Assembly (NCBI GenBank): GCA_044352465.1
Contig: JBILDU010000024.1
Coordinates: 1-34,988 of the forward strand
Direction: 5' to 3'
DNA length: 34,988 nucleotides
Origin: Bdellovibrionota bacterium
GTDB lineage: Bacteria; Bdellovibrionota_C; UBA2361
Below the pieces are notes generated by a model, which saw nothing but the letters and a program-made list of their open reading frames with translations, ran no database searches and was not told the DNA's origin. Below are positions 27,961 to 34,988 of the stretch, in pieces (the stretch's first letter is position 1; every line of letters begins with the position of its first letter). The translations under genes were made by a program, and so were the position numbers.

Positions 27961-29949
27961 TTAACTGTCTGATTTCGATAGTCTTTTTGGCACTACCCCG
28001 AGGCCATCTTCGATGTAGCCCCGTAAAATCTCGGCGACCCCCCAGGCTTGGGCGATCGCTCCGCGAGGGGTATGGGGGGCTTCGCCATCGAAGATCTCGG
28101 AAACAGTACCGATGCCACCGTTGAGGAGGTGCGGTTTAAAAAGCTCGACGATCTCTAGTACTCGGGCGCTTCCCCCGGCGCCCCGGTATCGCCTCATCGC
28201 GGTCATATAAGGACCTAAGAGCCAGCTCCAGGCCGTCCCTTGATGGTAGGCGCTATCACGGCTATGGGGGGAGCCTTGATAGCGCGGTTGAAAATTCGGG
28301 TGACCCGACTCAAGGCTCCGTAACCCAAAGGGGGTGTAGAGACGCTCCTCAACCACGCGTAAAACATGGCGGGCGCGGACCGGCTCGAGAAGCGCAAACG
28401 GAAGGGCGAGGGGGATAACTTGGTTCGGGCGAATCGTCTCGTCGGCGTGGCGCTCGTCGATATAGTCGAAGAGCGCGCCCGCCTCCTCGTTCCAAAATCG
28501 GTCGTTGAAGCTGCGGAGAGTGTGCGCCGCTTTTCCACGGAGCGTGCGACTGTCATTACTGTCCCCCCATCGATTCGCCAAATCCGCCGCGATCATAAGC
28601 GCGTTGTACCACAGCGCGTTGACCTCGACCGCTTTGCCTGAGCGGGGTGTCACCACCCAATCACCGATCTTCGCGTCCATCCACGTGAGTTGAACTCCGG
28701 GCGCACCTGCCTTCAAGAGGCCGTCGGCGTCGACTTGAATACCGAAACGGGTCCCGCGCTCGTGCCACCCAATAATCTCGCGGAGGGTCGGCCAGATATT
28801 CTTGCGAACAAAGTCCTCGTCGGCGGTGTAGTCGAGAAAGCGATATGTTGCGATAAAAAACCACAACGTCGCATCTACCGTATTATATTCGGGGCGATCG
28901 CTGGGGTGGTCAGGAAAACGATTCGGCAACATCCCCTCGCTGCAGTGCTGCGCAAAGGTTTGCAAGATGCTGCGAGCCTCATCGAAACGGCCTGTCACCA
29001 GACAGATTCCGGGAAGAGCAATCATCGTGTCGCGCCCCCAGTCGGTGAACCAATGATACCCGGCGATGATGGTGTGACCGTTACCTCGCTTCACGAGAAA
29101 CTGGTCTGCCGCGAGGGCCAGAGTCTGCGTGAACGGATCGCGAACTGCGATCTTTTGTTTAAGCTCCTCACGCCGGAGACGTTCCCGTTCAAGGAGCATC
29201 CATCCGTCCCGGGGTGCGAAGTGGTCGGTGGAAGCCACTACCGCCCACCGTTCCCCCGGCCGCAGCACCCTCTGGATGACTCCGTAGCAGAAAAGATCCT
29301 CCTGGAAGTCAAAACCTCGCGCACGCTCCTCCGGATATTCGACGTTATAGAGCCAATACGGAGCGGGGCTGAAGCCACTTGCCGGAGCGTCGAGTGAAAG
29401 GTTGATCTCGTCGTAGGGGCTCACGGCAAGTCGGTTTCCCTCCCAATGAGACCCCCAACGCAGATAGGGATTTGCACGATTCAGCGCGTGATAGAGCCGA
29501 CCGGCCACGATCGGGCGTATCTCCATCGTCACCGCGCCGGGGGCGTCAAGCACTTCATAGCCAACGACGACCGTGTTCTCTCCGTGGATCATCCCGATCG
29601 TTTTGCGTACGGTGACCTGGCCACAGCGGAATGTGAAAGTCGGGAAAACCTCGCGCTCGAATCGTTCGAGTAGTTCGAAGCCGCGGGGATGAATCGCTCC
29701 GGGATAAAAGTTACATCCGAGCTCGTAGGATACTCCCGCGGAGACCACCGTTTCGTCGAGCCGTGAAAGCACCACGACACGCTCCGTTGGGGGATGAACC
29801 GCCGCCACGAGAAGACCGTGATATCGGCGCGTGTGGGCCCCTGAAACTGACGAACTGGCGTACCCGCCCAGCCCGTTGGTCTCAAGCCATTCTCGATGAG
29901 AGCTTTCCTCGAGGTGGTGGAGGAGTGCGCGTCCGAGGGAGAGTTCCAT
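27961..29949 (-). CDS. Glycogen debranching enzyme, archaeal/Bacteroidetes-type amylo-alpha-1,6-glucosidase
   Basis: EWLETNGLGGYAS, TRRYHGLL, IAGYHWFTDWGRDTMI, TWMDAK, VEVNALWYN, RPNQ, YHQGTAW, EIFDG and QAWGVAE. Confidence 0.93.
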   Translation of the reverse strand: MELSLGRALLHHLEESSHREWLETNGLGGYASSSVSGAHTRRYHGLLVAAVHPPTERVVVLSRLDETVVSAGVSYELGCNFYPGAIHPRGFELLERFEREVFPTFTFRCGQVTVRKTIGMIHGENTVVVGYEVLDAPGAVTMEIRPIVAGRLYHALNRANPYLRWGSHWEGNRLAVSPYDEINLSLDAPASGFSPAPYWLYNVEYPEERARGFDFQEDLFCYGVIQRVLRPGERWAVVASTDHFAPRDGWMLLERERLRREELKQKIAVRDPFTQTLALAADQFLVKRGNGHTIIAGYHWFTDWGRDTMIALPGICLVTGRFDEARSILQTFAQHCSEGMLPNRFPDHPSDRPEYNTVDATLWFFIATYRFLDYTADEDFVRKNIWPTLREIIGWHERGTRFGIQVDADGLLKAGAPGVQLTWMDAKIGDWVVTPRSGKAVEVNALWYNALMIAADLANRWGDSNDSRTLRGKAAHTLRSFNDRFWNEEAGALFDYIDERHADETIRPNQVIPLALPFALLEPVRARHVLRVVEERLYTPFGLRSLESGHPNFQPRYQGSPHSRDSAYHQGTAWSWLLGPYMTAMRRYRGAGGSARVLEIVELFKPHLLNGGIGTVSEIFDGEAPHTPRGAIAQAWGVAEILRGYIEDGLGVVPKRLSKSDS

Positions 29950-29960
29950 GATGGTGCGCT

Positions 29961-30938
29961 TTATAAGCGAGCAGCGATGTGGCCGGTGCCGTAGGTAGCC
30001 GCTTCATCATCCATGATGACGAAGAGCGGTATGGAGCGGACAAATTCGCTGAGCCGTCCTTTATCTCCATAGGCGCGCACCGTTGCTCCCCTCTTCAATT
30101 TGTCGATAATTCGAGGGGGCATCCCGCCGCCGAGGTAGACACCGCCGGTCGGCAGATAAGTTAACGCGATGTTACCTGCTTGAGTTCCGATGAGGCTTGC
30201 AAGCATATCAAGCGCTTTGACGCACAGCGCGCACTCGCCGGCGAGCCCCACCCGGGTGATCACTACTGCGGCGGGCTCGTGTTCCATGAGCTGAGCGACC
30301 GCGGTAGATTCGGCGGCGAACCCGGTGGCACGGAGGAAGCGATATATATTCTCGAGTCCCATACCCGAAATGACCCGTTCCGCACTGACATGGCCAAGTT
30401 CGGCTCGCAGGAACCGCATCAGCTCGACCTCTTCGTCCGTCCAGGCCGCGAACTCAACGTGCCCTCCCTCCGAGGCGATGACGTGGTGTTCTCCACCATG
30501 GGAGAAAAGACACGCCTGCCCGAGTCCGGTACCCGGAGCGAGCACCGCTCGAACGGAGGCCGCCGGATCCGGAACGCCCTCGTGAAGAACGTGCAATTGC
30601 TGGGGAGAAAGGTGAGGAATAGCCGCGGTTGTCGCGGCAAGATCGTTGACGAGTCGCACCTTGGGGATACACAGCGAGGTCGAAAGTTCAGCTTCGCTCA
30701 TCTTCCACGGAAGATTCGGGGTCCACACCGATCCATTTTTGACCGGCCCAGGAATGCCGAAGCACGCACTCTCGATCTTCACCGGATGTTTCTCGAGAAA
30801 CTGACGCACTAGGTCTGTGAGGCTTTCAAAGGAACGGCTCTCGAATTTTTCGACCGTATTCCGCTCGATGCCTCGACCCGTTCGCTCAAAAAGGGCTAAC
30901 TTCGTTTTGGTTCCACCGACATCGCCACCGAGTAACAT
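29961..30938 (-). CDS. glk: Glucokinase
   Basis: GGDVGGTKT, GIPGPV, LVNDL, PGTGLG, SEGGH, SAERVISG and GGVYLGGG; GAGGAG SD precedes ATG 30938. Confidence 0.93.
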   Translation of the reverse strand: MLLGGDVGGTKTKLALFERTGRGIERNTVEKFESRSFESLTDLVRQFLEKHPVKIESACFGIPGPVKNGSVWTPNLPWKMSEAELSTSLCIPKVRLVNDLAATTAAIPHLSPQQLHVLHEGVPDPAASVRAVLAPGTGLGQACLFSHGGEHHVIASEGGHVEFAAWTDEEVELMRFLRAELGHVSAERVISGMGLENIYRFLRATGFAAESTAVAQLMEHEPAAVVITRVGLAGECALCVKALDMLASLIGTQAGNIALTYLPTGGVYLGGGMPPRIIDKLKRGATVRAYGDKGRLSEFVRSIPLFVIMDDEAATYGTGHIAARL

Positions 30939-31014
30939 GGTTGAGCTCCTCGTCACCAAAGAAACGGCGGTCAGTGTGTCACACCGGCTCGTGAGGTCAA
31001 TCAGATTCGGGGGG

Positions 31015-31122
31015 CGGGGATAACCCGGTACTCTTTGTGGACAATGCGGTCAGTGATCTGTATAATCCACTGAATTTTCGATGCTTTTTTCTAGCCAGAG
31101 CGTTCTTAACATCTGTGGATAA
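31015..31122. promoter_or_regulatory. Cluster of DnaA-box-like 9-mers
   Basis: Against TGTGNATAA: CGGGGATAA (31015, 2 mismatches), TGTGGACAA (31036, 1), TCTGTATAA (31057, 1) and TGTGGATAA (31114, perfect). Opposite-orientation TAATCCACT at 31063 (2 mismatches). Confidence 0.55.
31038..31066 (+). promoter_or_regulatory. Near-consensus sigma70 promoter for GT4-GH57
   Basis: TGGACA-N17-TATAAT, 65 nt upstream of ATG 31132. Confidence 0.7.
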
Positions 31123-31131
31123 CTTGAGCCC

Positions 31132-32445
31132 ATGAAGGTCTTCATGTTGGGGTGGGAGTACCCCCCACATATTAGCGGTGGCCTCGGCACGGCGTGTGAG
31201 GGCCTTACTCGTGCCCTCGCTGAGAACGGGGTCTCGATTGAGTTCGTGATGCCGCGTCTCCCAGGGGGCGAGGTCGCCCCGCACATGGAGTTGAAAACCG
31301 CCGTTGCGCAGCGCTCAGCTCAGTCAGCCGCTCCCATGACCCCGCCGCTTCCTCCAAGCTTGACGCTCACTCCCATCGCTGCCCCACTCAGGCCGTATCA
31401 AAGTCCGGCTGACTACGCGGCGCTCCGGGAAGCCCAGCTTCATCAAGGCTTTGGATCGGTCGATCCGACGCTCCTCAAAAAAATTGTTGCCGTGACAGCC
31501 GGAGAAGGGACTCCCACGGCGAGTTACGGTGAAGACATCTTTGCGGAGGTAGCCCGTTACGCTCGACAGGTCGAGGCGCATGGGCTGACGGCGTCGTTTG
31601 ACCTCATTCATGCCCATGACTGGATGACCTTTCCCGCAGCGGTGTCGCTCAAAGAAAGAGTCGGTAAGCCACTTATCGTCCATGTTCACAGCCTCGAGCA
31701 CGATAGAAGTGGAGGTGATGGGGATCCACGCATTGAGGAGATCGAACGCCTCGGTCTCGTGCATGCCGACCTCATCATCGCGGTGAGCTACCTTACCCGC
31801 GCGATGATTCACCAACATTACGGCATCTCACTAGATAAGATCTTTGTCGTGCATAACGGCGTCTATACCAAAGAGGTTACCCAGTCGTATCGCCGAGCAC
31901 GGGGGTGGCCAGCCAAAGTGGTGCTCTTTCTCGGTCGAATGACTTTGCAAAAAGGTCCGGATTATTTTGTCGAAGCTGCAGCGAAGGTGCTCCCCCATGT
32001 CCCTGACGCCTTATTTGTCATGGCCGGCACGGGGGATATGCTTCCCCGGATGCTGGAACGGGTGAAGCAATTAGGGCTCACCGAGCATTTCTATTTCCCC
32101 GGATTTTTACGTGGCCAAGAGGTCGAGCAGATATTTTCGCTGGCGGATGTCTATGTGATGCCGTCTGTATCCGAGCCATTTGGAATCGCAGCTCTCGAGG
32201 CGATCAGTTTCGACACCCCCGTCATTATCTCGCGTCAATCGGGGGTCGCGGAGGTTCTCAAAAACGCTTTGAAAGTCGATTTCTGGGACACCAATCGTTT
32301 AGCCGATCTGATCATCAATTCTCTGCTCCACAGCGAGCTTAGGGGTGAAATGGTTGAGCTCGCACGGGAAGAGTTAACCCGGCTCCGCTGGAGCGCTGCG
32401 GCGCTTAAGACGATCGATTTTTACCGGATGGTCGTTTCTGAGTAG
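31132..32445 (+). CDS. GT4 glycosyltransferase (probable glycogen/alpha-glucan synthase)
   Basis: GWEYPPHISGGLG, HAHDWMT, FLGRMTLQKG and PSVSEPFGIAALEA; context with debranching enzyme and GH57. Confidence 0.88.
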   Translation: MKVFMLGWEYPPHISGGLGTACEGLTRALAENGVSIEFVMPRLPGGEVAPHMELKTAVAQRSAQSAAPMTPPLPPSLTLTPIAAPLRPYQSPADYAALREAQLHQGFGSVDPTLLKKIVAVTAGEGTPTASYGEDIFAEVARYARQVEAHGLTASFDLIHAHDWMTFPAAVSLKERVGKPLIVHVHSLEHDRSGGDGDPRIEEIERLGLVHADLIIAVSYLTRAMIHQHYGISLDKIFVVHNGVYTKEVTQSYRRARGWPAKVVLFLGRMTLQKGPDYFVEAAAKVLPHVPDALFVMAGTGDMLPRMLERVKQLGLTEHFYFPGFLRGQEVEQIFSLADVYVMPSVSEPFGIAALEAISFDTPVIISRQSGVAEVLKNALKVDFWDTNRLADLIINSLLHSELRGEMVELAREELTRLRWSAAALKTIDFYRMVVSE

Positions 32446-32484
32446 CGGTGAGCGATCGCAGCGCTGATTTTTACCCCTTCGAGG

Positions 32485-33738
32485 ATGTTTGCGGTAATGA
32501 CTAGGGCCACGAGACCGTCACGCTCGCTCACCCTTATCTTCAAGGTTCATGAACCTTTTCGCCTGCGATCGTGCTCGGTGGTTGCTCCACCAGCTGATGG
32601 CGTCGTCTTCGAGGAACAGGTAACCGCCGCGCAACTTCGCGCGCTCTCCGAGCGATGGTTCCTCCCGGCGAATCGAAAGCTGCTTGAACTCGTGTCGCGC
32701 CACCGTAGTTTTTTTCGATGTGCATTTTTCCTGAGTGGTCCGCTGTTAGCGCAGCTCCCGAGCGCGGCGCCTGGTGTCGTCGCTTCTTTTCGCGAAATCG
32801 TGAGTTCAGGCAACGTCGAGCTTCTCGGAGGTACTTCGCATCATACGTTTCCCTCTATCCTTGATAGTGACGAATTCGCGACCCAGATTTCTCTATATCA
32901 AGAGGAGCTTCGCCGGTTTTTCGGCGTTGCCGCGGAGATCTTTGTCAGTCCTGAACTCAACTATCCCGCGGCCCTTAGCCCCGTCCTCGCACGAATGGGA
33001 TTTCGGGGAGTTGTGAGCTCGGCCCCAGCCCGGTCTTTTGACCGAACGGGCGTTGATTTTTTAGGGCTCAGCGGAGCGGTGCCTCCGCTCCTTATCGCCG
33101 ATCGGACTCTTTCAACGGTGCTGACAAGCCAGCTCCGTGAGGTCGAGTGTCCCTTACACGGAGCCGAGCAGATGTTACGACAGCTCGAGGCTGTTGTTCC
33201 GAGTGGGCGCGGGGCGATTGTATGCATCGATTATGCGGCACTCGCGGGAACGGATGATCATGTGCTGAGAGCCCTTGAATCGCTCGGCGCCCTGATCGAG
33301 TTGCTTGCGGGACAGACCGATTGGTCTTTCACCTCGCTGACAGAATGCCTTCACCGGGTACAAGCCCCGCCGGCAGGTAAAAACGGTACGCCGCTCACGG
33401 GAGTTCATGCGTGGGGCGCTCACGGCGAGACACCGCTCAACGAAATGCAGCGCCGTGCGCTTCGAGAGCTCCGCGAGTTAGCCCCATTTCTCAAGCGGTG
33501 GGGGGACGCGCCGGCCCTGGAGACGTGGCGACGATTTTTGTGCTGTGATCATATCGAGTATATGCGCACCTGTGTCGAAGCCGGGTGCGTCGACACCCTG
33601 TGCCAGGGGCCGTACGAAAGTCCTTACGACGCCTTTATCAACTTTATGAATGCGCTACGAGCGTTTCGCCGGCACATCTCTATTGCGGCTGGGGAGAGTA
33701 TCATCAGTGGAGACGAACTCTGTACCACTGCCGAGTAG
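32485..33738 (+). CDS. Divergent GH57 alpha-amylase-like protein
   Basis: FKVHEPFRL, FLPANR, LSG, GNVELLGGTSHH, SPEL, CIDY, NEMQ, WRRFLCCDHIEYM and SPYDAFINFMN match the GH57 layout with many substitutions. Confidence 0.78.
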   Translation: MFAVMTRATRPSRSLTLIFKVHEPFRLRSCSVVAPPADGVVFEEQVTAAQLRALSERWFLPANRKLLELVSRHRSFFRCAFFLSGPLLAQLPSAAPGVVASFREIVSSGNVELLGGTSHHTFPSILDSDEFATQISLYQEELRRFFGVAAEIFVSPELNYPAALSPVLARMGFRGVVSSAPARSFDRTGVDFLGLSGAVPPLLIADRTLSTVLTSQLREVECPLHGAEQMLRQLEAVVPSGRGAIVCIDYAALAGTDDHVLRALESLGALIELLAGQTDWSFTSLTECLHRVQAPPAGKNGTPLTGVHAWGAHGETPLNEMQRRALRELRELAPFLKRWGDAPALETWRRFLCCDHIEYMRTCVEAGCVDTLCQGPYESPYDAFINFMNALRAFRRHISIAAGESIISGDELCTTAE

Positions 33739-34983
33739 GCTCCCTGGGGCATGAATCGGAGTGAACGCATAGCGCATCGACCGCACATGATAGCCGCCGA
33801 GGATTACGGCGAGCTGCGTACCGGTCTGAAGTTTCTCAGGGGAGAAGCCCACCGGAATACCGAGCACCCCGAGGGCTGGAACGTACAGCAGCTTCGTTCC
33901 CCGGGTATCCTCTTCGACCACCGCTTCGAGGGCCACGCGCTCAGCGGAGAGTCGCTCCTCGATCCGTTGAAGCATCGCTAGACGCTGGGTGTTCTGGCCG
34001 GCACCACGAGCTTTGCGATTAAGATGACGCACCTCTCGCTCCATCTGGGCTGAGGAGAGCAGTCCACTCCCCGTCGAAAAATAGCGATCTGCTTGCCACT
34101 GGGTCAGGAGGCCAGCATAGGTGCGCAGCCCCTTTATTTCAGTATATTGTTCACATTTGGCTCCGATATGCGGACCACGATACCGACTAAAACGTGCACG
34201 CTGCAAATGTGCGTCGAGGATCTCATGGAAGAGATGGCGACCCGCTGGATGACGCTCTACGGTATCGAGAAGGTCGGAGAAACGCTCCGGATCACCAAAA
34301 TCATCCGGACGAACCCTTAATCCGATTGCTCGCGCCGTCTGCATAAAATGGCGTCGTTGGCGCGCCCCCGGAGGGCCGTGCACCCGAAACGGCACCGCGA
34401 TCCCTCGACTTGAGAAGAAGTGGGCGATGCGCTCTCGCGCTGTGACCATACAGGCGCTCACGATGTGGTCACTCGGTGCTGTGGGCTCGATCTTGACGAA
34501 TCCACGATAACCGATGCCGCGACGCTCCAACAGATTCGCCACCTGCTGCAATCGCCCGAAGAGGGCTTGATCATCAACCACGGCGCGACCTGCCGAGCCG
34601 TCGAAGTCAACATGCGCGTGCGCTGCAGCGACCTTGATGAGGGCGCGATAGAAATCGTAGCGGACGATCTTTCCCCGGGGTGAGACATCCATCTCGACCG
34701 TCCAGGTGAGCCGCTCGGCTCCAGGGATGAGGCTGAGCTGCTCATAAGTGACCATCTCGCCGAGCATCGGCACCGCGGTATCACCGTGATAAAGAGAAAA
34801 CCCGGCCCGCCGGGCGTGTCGAGCGAGCTTTGAGTCGGGTGGAACAGCCCGAGAAACGTCGGTAAAGCTTACGTAGAGCCGAATGGTGCCGTCAGACAGC
34901 GACTCGGCAAAGAGAGCATCTTCCGGCTCGCGGGTCGCGACCGAATCAAAGGTGAGAAAGCCCAGCCTGCGCAGATCCATCAC
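33655..34983 (-). CDS. RNB-domain (RNase II/R family) protein with non-canonical motifs; probably 5'-truncated by the window
   Basis: DLRRLGFLTFD..EDAL, LYVSFTDVS, SLY...PML, LSL and PFRVH; the frame stays open to the window end. Confidence 0.78.
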   Translation of the reverse strand: MMDLRRLGFLTFDSVATREPEDALFAESLSDGTIRLYVSFTDVSRAVPPDSKLARHARRAGFSLYHGDTAVPMLGEMVTYEQLSLIPGAERLTWTVEMDVSPRGKIVRYDFYRALIKVAAAHAHVDFDGSAGRAVVDDQALFGRLQQVANLLERRGIGYRGFVKIEPTAPSDHIVSACMVTARERIAHFFSSRGIAVPFRVHGPPGARQRRHFMQTARAIGLRVRPDDFGDPERFSDLLDTVERHPAGRHLFHEILDAHLQRARFSRYRGPHIGAKCEQYTEIKGLRTYAGLLTQWQADRYFSTGSGLLSSAQMEREVRHLNRKARGAGQNTQRLAMLQRIEERLSAERVALEAVVEEDTRGTKLLYVPALGVLGIPVGFSPEKLQTGTQLAVILGGYHVRSMRYAFTPIHAPGSLLGSGTEFVSTDDTLPSRNRDVPAKRS

Positions 34984-34988
34984 GGGCC

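Noticed and set aside
31104..31131. dif site (TTAACAT resembles the XerD arm)
   Set aside because: The rest of the XerD arm and the XerC arm do not match.

Overview
GC-rich, Gram-negative (deltaproteobacterial/Bdellovibrionota-like by gene content, not proven) chromosomal segment with about 30 coding regions and no recognisable rRNA, tRNA, CRISPR array, integrase or transposase. Left to right: a partial membrane-protein gene; pcnB; a small orphan ORF; PMM/PGM, surA and mfd; a 4x17-bp tandem repeat; an Flp pilin followed by pilT and pilU; a degenerate PyrE-like PRTase, a Nudix hydrolase and a hexapeptide acyltransferase; an OprO/P-like porin; a nine-gene, translationally coupled operon (15909-24489); a TGS-less thrS; an alpha/beta hydrolase; a DUF4124-like protein; a divergent alpha-glucan cluster (debranching enzyme and glk versus GT4 and a divergent GH57); and a non-canonical RNB-domain protein. 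The best candidate for an undescribed system is the nine-gene operon: two membrane-anchored or exported coiled-coil proteins, a small protein, four uncharacterised integral membrane proteins (one DUF6754-like), an orphan GlmL/MutL-type actin-fold ATPase with no B12 mutase in the window, and a barrel-sandwich-hybrid/KOW partner. Other highlights are a phased DnaA-box cluster over a near-consensus sigma70 promoter for the glucan genes and an RNB protein with substituted catalytic residues. All calls come from motif recognition by eye; no searches were run.
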